Source of the DNA: Planctomycetota bacterium | GTDB taxonomy: Bacteria > Planctomycetota > B15-G4 > JADJEK01 | Reading direction: 5' to 3' | Assembly: GCA_044225365.1 (NCBI GenBank) | Contig: JBGAIQ010000002.1 | Coordinates: 128,001 to 192,000 of the forward strand | DNA length: 64,000 bases | Shown: piece by piece, positions 10,385-20,837 of the stretch | Numbering within the stretch: the first letter of the stretch is position 1 | Layout of the letters: each line of letters opens with the position of its first letter | Translations under genes and position numbers: made by a program | The notes under the pieces: model-generated | Told to the model about the DNA's origin: nothing | What the model saw: the letters and a program-made list of their open reading frames with translations, nothing else | Databases searched by the model: none

Positions 10385-12595
10385 ATGCGTGAAAGTTTGG
10401 AGGGCGCCTTGGACGCGAAGCGATGGGCATCGATCTCGACGGCGGCGTGTCTCGCACTCCTGACGGCGGAAGCCTACGCGCGGCAGTGCCCGGCGATGCC
10501 GCCGCCGCCAGACACCGGCGGGGCGGGCGGACCGACGACCGGCGGGGGTGGACCTTCCAGACCGACGACCGGCGGCGGAGGCCCCGCGACGACGGGCGGT
10601 GGTTCGGGAGGTCCGACGACCGGCGGCGGTGGAAGTGGTCCTTCGACCGGTGGCGGGGGTGGGAAGACCCCGGCGACCGGAGGAGGCACGCCTCCGCAGA
10701 ATCCCGGCCCTTCCGACACGCAGGGTCCACCGACGACGGGTGGCAACGGGCCGGGGCCGATCGGCGGCGGGGGACCGGCGCCGAGCAGCCCGAGCGGAGG
10801 GCCCGCTGGCGGAGGTCCGAGCACCGGGCCGACAGGCGGCGGCCCGCGACCGGGATCCGGTCCGCAGGGGCCGACCGGCGGACCGCAACTGCCGAAGGGC
10901 GGCGCAGCGGGACTCACCGGTAAGCGCAACAAGAACACGGTCACGCTCGACCGCTGGGATCTCTGGTGGGATCTCAACTGCGAGGGCTTCCTCGCCGCCC
11001 GCTCCGCCACCGCACCGCAGACCGCGCGCGAGCGTGGTTTCCTGGATGGCGTCGGCTTCTCCACGCAGCCTGCGGTGAACACGCGTCCGACGCGTTCGGT
11101 CGTCGTGGAGGAACTCGTTCCGGCGCTGCGCGTCGCGCTGAAGGATCGGAACAACTACGTTCGGGCGGCGGCGGCGACCGCGCTCGGGCGTATCGCACCC
11201 ACGGAACTTCGGGACGAATCGATCGAATCGCTCTCCGACGCGCTCCATAGCGAGGACGCGACGGTTCGCGATTCGGCGCTCCTCGCGATCGGATTGCTCG
11301 GTGATCGCAGCGTCGTGCGGACTCTGTGGCAGGTGATGAACGACACGCTCGAAGCGCGGGCGCTCATGAATTCGGCGGGCGGCGTTCAGGACAAGGAGCG
11401 TGCATTCGCGATCCTCGGCCTCGGCCTGCTCGGTGGTCGGGAAGCGGCCACGCAGTTCGAGAAGCTGCTTGCGCGCAGCGCGACCAAGGACGTCGAGGTC
11501 GCGGGCGCGGCCGTGCTCGCCCTCGGGATGCTCGGTGCCGAGGCACAGGACTTCGTTCCGAGGCTCGGCGAGATGCTCTGCGATCGATCGCTCGATCGAA
11601 GGCTGCGCGCCCAGATCCCCGTCACGCTCGCCCGCATCGGTGAACCTGCGCTGCCGGTCCTTCCGTACCTCCTCCAACTCTCCCGGGATCAGAAGGAGGA
11701 CGCGCTCGTTCGGAGTTCGTGCGTGATCGGACTCGGCCGGCTCGCGGCGACCTACGATGCAGAGATCCTCGCCGTGCTTCGCGACCTCGCTCACGAGGAT
11801 CGCGACCCGATCGTTCGGCACTACGCATTGCTCGGACTTGCGCAGATCGGCGCGAGAGCGACTGATTCGACGCCGAAGGATGTGCTCGGCGGGATCGCCC
11901 GCTACCTGACCCAGGAACTCGAGAAGCCGCGCAACACGCTCGACCAGCCGTGGGCAGCGCTCGCGTGCGGCATCTTCGCCGGTTCGCTGAAGACGGTGTC
12001 GACGAGCGGCGCATTGCGACAGAACCTGGTCGAGGAGATGCGATCGACGTTTCGTTCGATCAGCAATCCGTCGACGAGCGGCGCGTTGGCCATCGGCCTC
12101 GGCCTCGCCGCGGCGAAGGACAGCACCGAGGACGTACGGGCGCGCTTCGCGAAAGAGAGCGACGATTCCCTGCGGGGTCATTTCGCGCTCGCTCTCGGAC
12201 TCCTCGGCGACGACGCGTCGATCGAATCGCTGCGCAACTGTCTGAAGGACGAGGGACGCCCGGAGCTGCGTGAATCGGCTGCGCGCGCGCTCGCACTGCT
12301 CCACGATTCGGAATCGCTCGACTCGCTGCTCTCTCGCCTCGAAGGGACGCCGACGGCGGTCGAGGCTCGCTCGCTCGCCCGCGCCGTCGCTCGGCTGAAG
12401 GACCCGGGCGCGGCGACCCGCCTCGCACGTCTCGCGGCCGATCCGAAGCGCGACTCGAGCGTGCGTTCGGCCTGCTGCGAGGCGATCGGTCTCCTCGCCG
12501 AGCGGACCGAGATTCCGTATACGGCACGCCTCACGGGCGACCTGAACGTCCATTCGGGCCTGAACGCTGCCGCGGACTTGATCGCGAAGCTGTAG
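10385..12595 (+). CDS. Exported HEAT-repeat protein with Gly/Pro/Thr-rich N-terminal region
   Basis: Signal-like N-terminus, GPxTGGGG repeats, WDLWWDLN motif, many VRxxAAxALG helical repeats. Confidence 0.85.
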   Translation: MRESLEGALDAKRWASISTAACLALLTAEAYARQCPAMPPPPDTGGAGGPTTGGGGPSRPTTGGGGPATTGGGSGGPTTGGGGSGPSTGGGGGKTPATGGGTPPQNPGPSDTQGPPTTGGNGPGPIGGGGPAPSSPSGGPAGGGPSTGPTGGGPRPGSGPQGPTGGPQLPKGGAAGLTGKRNKNTVTLDRWDLWWDLNCEGFLAARSATAPQTARERGFLDGVGFSTQPAVNTRPTRSVVVEELVPALRVALKDRNNYVRAAAATALGRIAPTELRDESIESLSDALHSEDATVRDSALLAIGLLGDRSVVRTLWQVMNDTLEARALMNSAGGVQDKERAFAILGLGLLGGREAATQFEKLLARSATKDVEVAGAAVLALGMLGAEAQDFVPRLGEMLCDRSLDRRLRAQIPVTLARIGEPALPVLPYLLQLSRDQKEDALVRSSCVIGLGRLAATYDAEILAVLRDLAHEDRDPIVRHYALLGLAQIGARATDSTPKDVLGGIARYLTQELEKPRNTLDQPWAALACGIFAGSLKTVSTSGALRQNLVEEMRSTFRSISNPSTSGALAIGLGLAAAKDSTEDVRARFAKESDDSLRGHFALALGLLGDDASIESLRNCLKDEGRPELRESAARALALLHDSESLDSLLSRLEGTPTAVEARSLARAVARLKDPGAATRLARLAADPKRDSSVRSACCEAIGLLAERTEIPYTARLTGDLNVHSGLNAAADLIAKL

Positions 12596-12678
12596 CCCTC
12601 GAGTCCGAACTTCGACCTTCGAATCGCCGCGGCTTCGTATCCCGAACCGACGCCGCGGCGTTCTTGCAGAGGGTCGCT

Positions 12679-12993
12679 TCAGCGCACGATCTCGAATCCG
12701 AATCCACCGACGAGAGGTTCGTCGGACACTTCGATCGACGACACGTGGGAGAGAGCTGGTCCCCGGCGACACGCTTCTTCGAAGAGCGCGAGCACTTCGA
12801 AGGGTCCCTCGGCAACCGCTTCGACCGAGCCGTCGACGCGATTGCGGACGAATCCCACGAGTCCGAATGCCGCCGCCTTCGAGCGCGTCCACGCGCGATA
12901 CCCGACGCCTTGAACGCGTCCGCGAATCAGGAAACGCCGGCGCACATGGGCGCGGATCGGTTCGGGTCCGTGGTCCGAGGAGTTGAATTCCAT
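12679..12993 (-). CDS. acyP: Acylphosphatase
   Basis: GRVQGVGYR, GFVRNRVDGSVEAVAEG, GP. Confidence 0.9.
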   Translation of the reverse strand: MEFNSSDHGPEPIRAHVRRRFLIRGRVQGVGYRAWTRSKAAAFGLVGFVRNRVDGSVEAVAEGPFEVLALFEEACRRGPALSHVSSIEVSDEPLVGGFGFEIVR

Positions 12994-13030
12994 CGCGTTG
13001 CTCCTTGTCGTCGGCGTATCTTGCCAGGAC

Positions 13031-13672
13031 ATGCCTCGATCGCCGAGCGACACGACGAAGATCGCATTGCGACCGCTCGCGAAGGACTTCTTCGCGCGGC
13101 CGACGCTCGTGGTCGCTCCGCAATTGCTCGGCAAGATCCTCGCCACGTCCGTGCGAGGAGTCTTGACGGCCGGGCGGATCGTGGAGGTCGAGGCCTATCT
13201 CGACGAACGCGATCTCGCGAGTCACGCGGCGAAGGGTCACACGAAGCGCAACGCGCTGATGTTCGGTCCGCCCGGTCACGCCTACGTGTATCTGATCTAC
13301 GGGATGCATCACTGCGTGAACGCAGTGACCGAGGAGGCCGGTGTCGCGGGCGCGGTCCTGATCCGGGCGATCGAGCCCCTCTGCGGTGAGCGAGTCATGG
13401 CGCGCCGCCGCGCGAGGAGCGACCGACGAGAGCTCGCATCGGGTCCCGGCAAGTTGTGTCAGGCGCTGGCGATCGATCGGACGATGAACGGCGAGTCCTT
13501 GTGGGGTCCCCGCCTGTTCATCTGCGAAGGGGATTCGATCGAGGAAGGTAGGATCGTCGCGACGCCGCGAATCGGTGTCGACTACTCCGGGGTGTGGGCG
13601 AGCGAGCCGTTTCGATTCGTCGTGCGCGACGATCCCTATGCCTCGAAACGTCTGACCTCGAAGTCGAGGTGA
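13031..13672 (+). CDS. mpg: DNA-3-methyladenine glycosylase (MPG/AAG family)
   Basis: GRIVEVEAY, MFGPPGHAYVYLIYGMHHCVN, AVLIRAIEP, SGPGKLCQAL, TPRIGV. Confidence 0.93.
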   Translation: MPRSPSDTTKIALRPLAKDFFARPTLVVAPQLLGKILATSVRGVLTAGRIVEVEAYLDERDLASHAAKGHTKRNALMFGPPGHAYVYLIYGMHHCVNAVTEEAGVAGAVLIRAIEPLCGERVMARRRARSDRRELASGPGKLCQALAIDRTMNGESLWGPRLFICEGDSIEEGRIVATPRIGVDYSGVWASEPFRFVVRDDPYASKRLTSKSR

Positions 13673-13817
13673 CGGACCTGCATGGCAGGTTGCTCGATCA
13701 CCGATATACTCCTTGCTCCGAATCGCCTTCGTCCCACACTCCAGGTGCCGGTCCCGTCGAATGTCCGTCGAATCGCTTTCACGCCCGGCGCGAATCAGGG
13801 AGGAATGCGTAGCGCGA

Positions 13818-16800
13818 ATGCGAAGCGCGTTTTCGAGCTTCGCGTTCACCGCCCTCTTCGTCGCCGTCTCGATCGTGGTACTGCGGGCGGAAGCCGCGGA
13901 CTTCTGGCTCTCCTCGTTCAAGAATCGGGTGGTATCGACGCCGACCGTCGACGGGATCGACATCGGCGCTCGCACGGCGCTGTTCACGAGCTCCGTCGCC
14001 CTCTTCGTCGGCGCGTTCGTGCTCGTGCTCGCGCTCCTCGAACTCGGGCGAAGGGCTGTTTCCGATTCGATCTGGCGCGCGATCGAAGCGCTCTCGATCG
14101 CGGGATCGAGTCTGTGGCTCGCGCATGCCTACGCCATCGACACCGAGCCGACGATCGTCCTCGTCATCGCGGTGCAGCTTGCCATCCTCTCGATCGGCCT
14201 CTTCGACCAATGGGTCCTGCGCCGCGGGGCGCATCCGGACACTGCGGCGTACCTCGCGACTCTCGGTATCGCGGCCGCCGGCGTCGTGATCCTCGTCACC
14301 GACCTGGTCGACTTCGTGGCGCGACGCGACGTGCCGTGGGCGCAGTGGCACATCGGCGTCGCCATGGTCGCACTCCACGTCTTGGTTCGTGCCTTCTCGT
14401 GGCGCCGCGACGCCGAGCGAGGATTGCGCGCCCTGAACGCCGTTGGCGGCGGCCTCCTCCTCTTCGCTTCGATCCCGTTCATCTCGTTCCTGCGGGACGA
14501 GATCTACCTCACGTTGAACAATCATGGCGTGCTGACGGTCGAGCCGCGAACGGTCGAATACGTCCTGATCGGCTTTCTCGCGCTGTTCGTCGTCGTGAGG
14601 ATCTTTCGTGACCTGCGGAGGCAGGATCCGCCGAGTCTCACCGCGAGAGTGGGTCGATTCGGCCTACCGCTCTTCCTGTTCGGTATCGCGTCCATCGCCT
14701 ACTACTTCCCGCTCCATCCGCTTCCCGACAAGTTGTTCGAAGCGGCGAATCCTGGGTTGTTCGTCCAGCAGTTCTTCGACTTCGGTCGGATCCCTTACCT
14801 CGAGACGTTCAACGCTCACGGTTTCAGCGACAGCTTCTGGAGCTTCGTGTTCCCATTGCTGCAGGGCAACCGGGACGAGGTCACCGGCTTCTACGAGTTC
14901 CTGAATCGCGCGATCGGCGCGGTCCTCGTCTACTGGCTACTGCGACGCGCCACCGGCAACCCGTATCTCGCCTGCTTCGCCGTGTTGTTCGCGCCGTTCT
15001 ACGTCGACGTCTTCCCGGTGTATTGCGAGCTCGCGATCGCGTCCCTCTTCGTCCTCGAGCGCGTGCTCGCCAAGCCCTCGGCGATTCGCATCGCGGCGTT
15101 CGCGATGTACACGGTCGGCGTGTTCCACTGGCGACTCGACATGGGCGCAGCGAACCTCATCGCATCCGCGGGAGTGGTCGCGGTGACCTGGCTCACTTCG
15201 TCGCGCTCGCGTCCGCGATGGCGCGATCTCCTCGTCGGTGGCACCGCGTGCGGGTTCGTCTACGGCGTCGTGTTCCTCGGACTCGCGTGGTATCGCGGGG
15301 TCGATCCGCTCCACGTCGTCCAATCCCTGCAGCACATCGTTTCGTCGAGTCAGGGCTTCGGGCAGGCGGTCGCGAGGGAATTCGGGCCGGACGTGCGCTG
15401 GCATCTCTTCGTGCTGCCGATCGCCGTTCTCTCGATCGCCGCGATCTCGATCTTCCTGCGCGCGACGACCCAATCCCCGACTCGCGAGCGAGCGTTCCTC
15501 ATGCTCTTCCTCGCCTACGGTGCGTTCTACTACTTCGCGAACTTCCAGCGCGGACTCGTGCGTCACACCTGGATCGAGCCGGGGAACGTGTACGTCCTTT
15601 CGTTCGGATTCGTCGTTCTCGCGCTGTCGCCATATCTGCGGGCGAGCGGATCGGAGCGCTCTCGGTGGATCGCGTTCCTCGGAATCGCAACGGTCCTGGC
15701 CGGCAGTTTCGGACTCCAGGGTCCGATCCCGGCGAGCGCAGCGAAATACAAGAACCTCTGGCAGAAGACGATCGCTCATCGGATCGAGTGGCCGCACGTC
15801 CAGTTCGCGCCGTTCCTGATCGACCGCAGCCCGAGTTCCCCCTCGCTCGAGAAGCACCACTACGGCGCGGCGCGACGATTCATCGCGTCCAATCTCACCC
15901 CGGATCAGACGTTCCTCGATCTCACGATGTCGCCGATGCTCTACGTGGTGCTGCATCGCCGCTCGCCGCACTATCTCAACCACCTGTATCTCGCCCACGA
16001 CGAGTGGCTGCAGAAGAACGAGATCCCCGAGTTCGAGGAGAACGACGTACCAGTCGTCTTCACCTGGATGGAGGAAGACCTCGCGAAGTTCGACGGGGAG
16101 GTCGCGAACCAGCACAACTTCGGAGACACGGTCCACAACAGCGTTCGGCAGTGGGTGTTCCACGAGTGGCTGAACCGGCATTACGAGCCGTGGTGCGTCG
16201 TTCAACGCTGGCAGGTGTGGCGACGCAAGAACTGGCTTGCGCCGACGCATCCTTTCGGCGTCGACGCTGCCGAACTCGCGAAGGCGCAGCCGACGACGCG
16301 GGGTGGTGGCGTGTCGCTGCGTTCCGTGGACGGCACGAAGCCGGTCGCTCCGCTCGAACCGGGAACGGTGACGTACCTGGAGATCGACGGGAACGCGACG
16401 AAGGCTGCGCAGATCGACGTGACGCTCACGTTCGACGACGCCGCGGGCCAGCGCGGCGAATTGCGCCGTCGACTCGATGTGACTCCGGGAAGCGCGCCGC
16501 GATATTGGACCTTGCCCTTCGACCTCGAGGCGAAGTCTCTGCATTCCGTGGACGTCACGAGTGCGAGTGGATTCGAATTCTCTTCCGTCGAGCTGGAGAC
16601 CGTCGTCGCGCTCGATTACTCGACGGTCCTCGATCGAGCCCGATTGCGCATCTGTCCGACGCTCGGCAATGCGGCCTGGCTGTGGGCAACGGGCGACGAC
16701 CGCAAGGCGATCACGCGTCCCGTGCTCCGCGAATTGCGCAAGCAACAATCCCCGGCGCAATCTCAGAACGCGGTTCGTTACTTCTTCGATCCGCTCGACG

Positions 16801-17063
16801 ATCCGCTCGAATCCTGCTACGTCGCACTCCGCATCCGTCGATCGACGCCGAACGCTCAGATCGCAGGAGTGGTGTGGGGGATCGACGATCGGGCGATCGG
16901 TCGGATGAACTTCCAGACTGTCGGCGATGGCCCCCAGGACTACCTCGTTCGCGTGAGCAGCCAGTTCAGTTGGTCGCGAAGGCGCTGCAACTGGATCTCC
17001 GTCGTCACGACGGGCGAGAACGAGATCGAAGTCCTCGATGCCAAGATCCTCAAGGGCGACTGA
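13818..17063 (+). CDS. Large polytopic membrane protein with C-terminal extracytoplasmic domains, putative GT-C-type glycosyltransferase
   Basis: Many hydrophobic segments, loop motif LFEAAN..GRIPYLETFNAHG, soluble C-terminus; heads a sugar-modification operon; function inferred. Confidence 0.6.
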   Translation: MRSAFSSFAFTALFVAVSIVVLRAEAADFWLSSFKNRVVSTPTVDGIDIGARTALFTSSVALFVGAFVLVLALLELGRRAVSDSIWRAIEALSIAGSSLWLAHAYAIDTEPTIVLVIAVQLAILSIGLFDQWVLRRGAHPDTAAYLATLGIAAAGVVILVTDLVDFVARRDVPWAQWHIGVAMVALHVLVRAFSWRRDAERGLRALNAVGGGLLLFASIPFISFLRDEIYLTLNNHGVLTVEPRTVEYVLIGFLALFVVVRIFRDLRRQDPPSLTARVGRFGLPLFLFGIASIAYYFPLHPLPDKLFEAANPGLFVQQFFDFGRIPYLETFNAHGFSDSFWSFVFPLLQGNRDEVTGFYEFLNRAIGAVLVYWLLRRATGNPYLACFAVLFAPFYVDVFPVYCELAIASLFVLERVLAKPSAIRIAAFAMYTVGVFHWRLDMGAANLIASAGVVAVTWLTSSRSRPRWRDLLVGGTACGFVYGVVFLGLAWYRGVDPLHVVQSLQHIVSSSQGFGQAVAREFGPDVRWHLFVLPIAVLSIAAISIFLRATTQSPTRERAFLMLFLAYGAFYYFANFQRGLVRHTWIEPGNVYVLSFGFVVLALSPYLRASGSERSRWIAFLGIATVLAGSFGLQGPIPASAAKYKNLWQKTIAHRIEWPHVQFAPFLIDRSPSSPSLEKHHYGAARRFIASNLTPDQTFLDLTMSPMLYVVLHRRSPHYLNHLYLAHDEWLQKNEIPEFEENDVPVVFTWMEEDLAKFDGEVANQHNFGDTVHNSVRQWVFHEWLNRHYEPWCVVQRWQVWRRKNWLAPTHPFGVDAAELAKAQPTTRGGGVSLRSVDGTKPVAPLEPGTVTYLEIDGNATKAAQIDVTLTFDDAAGQRGELRRRLDVTPGSAPRYWTLPFDLEAKSLHSVDVTSASGFEFSSVELETVVALDYSTVLDRARLRICPTLGNAAWLWATGDDRKAITRPVLRELRKQQSPAQSQNAVRYFFDPLDDPLESCYVALRIRRSTPNAQIAGVVWGIDDRAIGRMNFQTVGDGPQDYLVRVSSQFSWSRRRCNWISVVTTGENEIEVLDAKILKGD

Positions 17064-17096
17064 CGAACCGACCGATCCAACTCCCCGATCCAACGT

Positions 17097-18257
17097 ATGG
17101 GTATGCCCGAATCTCCTCCAGAGACGATCGAACTCGACTGCGCCGTCGTCGGTGGAGGCATGTTCGGCTGTTGGCTCGCCCTCTATCTCGCGCGGCGTTT
17201 CTCCGCGAAGGTCGTCGTCGTCGAGCGCGAATCGGAACTGCTCCGACGGGCGTCGTTTCGCAACCAGGCTCGCGTTCACAACGGATACCACTACCCGCGC
17301 AGCATCCTCACGGGCTTGCGATCGCGCGTGAACTCGGAGCGATTCCTGCGCGAGTACTCGGAGTGCGTCGACACCACGTTCGCGAAGTACTACGCGGTGG
17401 GTCGCGTGCGGTCGAACGTCACCGCGGCGCAGTTCGAGCGCTTCTGCGAGCGCATCGGCGCGCCGATCGAGCCCGCCGAGCCCCACGTGACCGACTGGTT
17501 CGACCCCGATCTCATCGAGAAGGTCTGGCGAGTCTCCGAGTGGGCGTTCGACGCCGATGCGATCGCCACCCGCATGGTGCGCGACCTCGAGGTGGCGCGG
17601 GTTCCCGTGTGGTACCGGCACGAAGCATTGACCGTGACGCAGCCGGAAGGAGGCCGCGGTCTGCGGGTCGAAGTTCGCGACCTCCCGAACGACACGCGCC
17701 GCGTCGTCACCGCGCGATTCGTCTTCAACGCGACGTATTCGAACCTCAATGGGCTGCTCACGCGATCGGAGGTCGAGAAGATCCCCTTGAAGCAGGAGGT
17801 CGCCGAGATCGCGCTCGTGAAGACGCCCCCGGAGTTCGAACGCGTGGGCGTCACGGTGATGTGCGGCCCGTTCTTCTCCTTCATGCCCTTTCCTGCGCGT
17901 CGGCTGCACTCCTTCTCGCACGTGCGCTACACCCCGCATCGCTCCTGGTACGATCGCGACGTTCTCTTCGACAATCAGGACTATTACCGAGGCATGGCAG
18001 AGACGTCGTCGTGGCCGCAGATGCAAAAGGACTCGCAGAGGTACATGCCGGCGATCGCTGATTTCCTCCATTGCGAGTCGTTGTTCGAGCTGAAGACCGT
18101 GCTCCCGCAGAGCGAGGGCGACGACAGCCGGCCGATCCTGTTCCGTCGCCACCCTACGCCGAAGGGCCTCGTCTCCGTTCTCGGCGGCAAGATCGACAAC
18201 GTCTACGACCTCGAGCGAGAGGTCGATGCGTTGTTCGAGGAAGGGGCGCGAGCGTGA
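17097..18257 (+). CDS. FAD-dependent oxidoreductase (DAO-like), polysaccharide-locus type
   Basis: VVGGGMFG dinucleotide motif, ASFRNQARVHNGYHYPRS, GGKIDN. Confidence 0.85.
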   Translation: MGMPESPPETIELDCAVVGGGMFGCWLALYLARRFSAKVVVVERESELLRRASFRNQARVHNGYHYPRSILTGLRSRVNSERFLREYSECVDTTFAKYYAVGRVRSNVTAAQFERFCERIGAPIEPAEPHVTDWFDPDLIEKVWRVSEWAFDADAIATRMVRDLEVARVPVWYRHEALTVTQPEGGRGLRVEVRDLPNDTRRVVTARFVFNATYSNLNGLLTRSEVEKIPLKQEVAEIALVKTPPEFERVGVTVMCGPFFSFMPFPARRLHSFSHVRYTPHRSWYDRDVLFDNQDYYRGMAETSSWPQMQKDSQRYMPAIADFLHCESLFELKTVLPQSEGDDSRPILFRRHPTPKGLVSVLGGKIDNVYDLEREVDALFEEGARA

Positions 18258-19240
18258 CCTCTTCGAGCTACTTCGTCTCCGTCGTGGTCCCTTTGCAGGA
18301 CGATGCGGATCTGCTCGCGAAGTTCGTCGACGATCTGTCGCGTGTGCTCCGCGAGCACTGGGTCAACTACGAAGTCGTGCTGGTCGACGACGGGTCGCGC
18401 GATTCCACGCGCGAGGTCGTCACGACGTTGCTCTCGCGCCACGAGTGCCTGCGGTACCTGCGGCTCTCGCGTCGATTCGGCCCCGAGCTCGCGATCCTCG
18501 CGGGAACCGATGGAGTGATCGGAGACGTCGTCGTCGTGCTCGAGCCCGAGAGCGATCCGCCCGAGCTCCTGCCGCGGTTCGTCGAGGCCGCGCGCTCCAC
18601 GGGCGGCATCGTCTTCGGTGTGCGCAAGAAGCGACTCGAGCAGGGCGCTCTGTATCGCATGTGCCGATTGTTCTTCGTGAGGATCGTCGCGCGGATGTTC
18701 GACTTCGATCTGCCGGACGAGGCGTCGCTCTACATGGCGTTCACGCGGCAGGCGCTCAACGCGATCATGCAGATCAAGGACAAGGCGCGCGCGCTGCGGA
18801 TCTTCAGCGTCGTCGTCGGCTTCCCCCGGCAGCGCATCGAATACGATCCCTTGCCGCGGAGAACTCCGCTCCGGCGGAAATCGGTCGCCGAGGGTGTCGA
18901 TCGCGGCGTGTCGCTCATCGTCACGAACTCGACGCGACCTTTGCGCTACGTCGCGGTGCTCGGTCTGTTCGCGAGCTTCTTGAACCTGCTGTACCTCGTC
19001 TACGTGTTCCTCGTCTTCCTGTTCAAGGAGCATCGCGCGGAGGGGTGGGTGACCACCTCGGTCGCGATCTCCGGGATGTTCTTCGTCGTGTTCCTGATCC
19101 TCACGGTGTTCGCGGAGTACTTCGGCCGATTGCTCGAGGAGACGCGCGATCGGCCGCTCTACTTCGTGGCCGAGGAGAGGAGCAGTTCGGTCGTGATCGC
19201 GGATGCGACGCGCCGCAACGTGGTGAGTGAGTCGACGTGA
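18254..19240 (+). CDS. GT2 glycosyltransferase, GtrB/ArnC-like, with two C-terminal TM helices and degenerate DxD
   Basis: YEVVLVDDGSRDST, LSRRFG, TM pair, EYFGRLLEETRDRPLYFV. Confidence 0.85.
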   Translation: MTSSSYFVSVVVPLQDDADLLAKFVDDLSRVLREHWVNYEVVLVDDGSRDSTREVVTTLLSRHECLRYLRLSRRFGPELAILAGTDGVIGDVVVVLEPESDPPELLPRFVEAARSTGGIVFGVRKKRLEQGALYRMCRLFFVRIVARMFDFDLPDEASLYMAFTRQALNAIMQIKDKARALRIFSVVVGFPRQRIEYDPLPRRTPLRRKSVAEGVDRGVSLIVTNSTRPLRYVAVLGLFASFLNLLYLVYVFLVFLFKEHRAEGWVTTSVAISGMFFVVFLILTVFAEYFGRLLEETRDRPLYFVAEERSSSVVIADATRRNVVSEST

Positions 19241-20064
19241 GCGCGCCAGGAACTCCGTATCGCGTCGCGAATCCGCAATGGCAGGTTCCCGCGTTCTCCG
19301 CGCTCGAACTGCGTGAGAAGCGTGCGCGCTACTGCGTCTGCATCCCGGTGATCAACGAGGGCGAGCGCATCCATGCACAGCTCCTACGCATGAAGCCGTA
19401 CGTCGAGGGGCTCGACGTCCTGATCGCCGACGGCGGCAGCTCGGACGGATCGCTCGACGAGACCTACCTGCGATCGACGATCGTGAGGACCCTGCTCACG
19501 AAGACCGGCCCGGGCAAGCTGTCGGCACAGATGCGGATGGCAATCGCCTACGGACTGGAGCAGGGCTACGAGGGCCTGATCTTCGTCGACGGCAACAACA
19601 AGGACGATCCGGCGGCGCTCCCGAGCTTCGCGAAGCTGCTCGACGAGGGGATGGACCACATCCAGGGCTCGCGCTACGTCCCGGGCGGCAAGGCGATCAA
19701 CACTCCGCCGAGTCGTCACTACGGCGTCAAACTGCTTCACTCGCCGCTCATCTCGCTCGCGTCGGGCTTCCACTACACCGACACGACGAACGGCTTTCGC
19801 GGCTACAGCCGGCGGTTCCTGCTCGATCCACGAGTCCAGCCCCTTCGCGACTGCTTCGTCGCCTACGAACTCCATTACTACCTGGCGATTCGCGCGGCGC
19901 GCCTGCGCTTCAAGGTGTGCGAGACGCCGGTGACTCGCGAGTACCCGCCGCGTGGGCCGCAGAGCCAGGTTCCGACGAAGATCAGTCCGATCCGCGGCAA
20001 TCTGCGCGTGCTGCGCACGCTGTTCCACGCGGCTTTCGTCGGCTTCGACCCAAAGGACGGATGA
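19237..20064 (+). CDS. GT2 glycosyltransferase, polyprenol-phosphate sugar synthase (DPM1-like)
   Basis: IPVINEG, DGGSSDG, DGNNKDDP, IQGSRYVPGG, TDTTNGFRGYS. Confidence 0.88.
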   Translation: MSAPGTPYRVANPQWQVPAFSALELREKRARYCVCIPVINEGERIHAQLLRMKPYVEGLDVLIADGGSSDGSLDETYLRSTIVRTLLTKTGPGKLSAQMRMAIAYGLEQGYEGLIFVDGNNKDDPAALPSFAKLLDEGMDHIQGSRYVPGGKAINTPPSRHYGVKLLHSPLISLASGFHYTDTTNGFRGYSRRFLLDPRVQPLRDCFVAYELHYYLAIRAARLRFKVCETPVTREYPPRGPQSQVPTKISPIRGNLRVLRTLFHAAFVGFDPKDG

Positions 20065-20837
20065 TGCGACGGGCATTGATCGGACACACTGGTTTCGTCG
20101 GCGGCAACCTGAAGGCCCAGGGCGAGTACACGGACTTCTACAACTCGAAGAACATCGGCGAGATCGCGGGTCAGAGCTTCGATCTCGTCGTGAGTGCGGG
20201 CGCACCCGCCGCGAAGTGGATCGCGAACAAGGAGCCGGAGGCCGACCGCAAGAGCATCGCGATGCTCACGAACGCGCTCGCAACGGTGCGCGCCAAGCGT
20301 TTCGTGCTCATCTCCACGATCGACGTCTATCCGCGACCGATCGAAGTGGACGAGGACACGAAGCTCTCGCGCGAGACCGGACAGCCCTACGGCAAGCACC
20401 GACTCGAGCTCGAGGACTTCGTGCGCTCGCGCTTTCCGAACGCGCTCATCATCCGCCTCCCCGGCCTGTTCGGCCCAGGTCTCAAGAAGAACGCGATCTA
20501 CGACTTCCTGCACGACAATCGCCTCGACCTCATCCATCAGGACGGCGTCTTCCAGTTCTACGACCTCACGCGGATCGGCGCCGATGTCGAGCGCTGTCTC
20601 CACGCGGGCGTCGAGCTCGTCAACTTCGCGACGGAGCCGGTCGCGGTGCGCGACGTCGCGCGCGTCGCATTCGGTCGCACCTTCGAGAATCAGTTGCCGC
20701 CGCCCGCGCCGCGCTACGACTACTGGACCCTTCACGCGAAGCTGTGGAATCGATCCGGGCACTATCTCGCCTCGCGCGACGAAGTGCTCGCGGCGATCGA
20801 GAAGTTCGTGGCGAACGAGAAGAAGGGCGCGCAATGA
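20061..20837 (+). CDS. NAD-dependent epimerase/dehydratase-like protein
   Basis: ALIGHTGFVGGNL Rossmann motif, ISTIDVY, YGKHR, RLPGLFG. Confidence 0.82.
   Translation: MMRRALIGHTGFVGGNLKAQGEYTDFYNSKNIGEIAGQSFDLVVSAGAPAAKWIANKEPEADRKSIAMLTNALATVRAKRFVLISTIDVYPRPIEVDEDTKLSRETGQPYGKHRLELEDFVRSRFPNALIIRLPGLFGPGLKKNAIYDFLHDNRLDLIHQDGVFQFYDLTRIGADVERCLHAGVELVNFATEPVAVRDVARVAFGRTFENQLPPPAPRYDYWTLHAKLWNRSGHYLASRDEVLAAIEKFVANEKKGAQ

Noticed and set aside
10316-13987. Very long antisense and alternative-frame ORFs (also 14937-18152, 15023-18061, 26366-28816, 53200-55773, 59411-62011)
   Set aside because: They are Arg/Ala-rich shadow ORFs expected at high GC and overlap well-supported genes.
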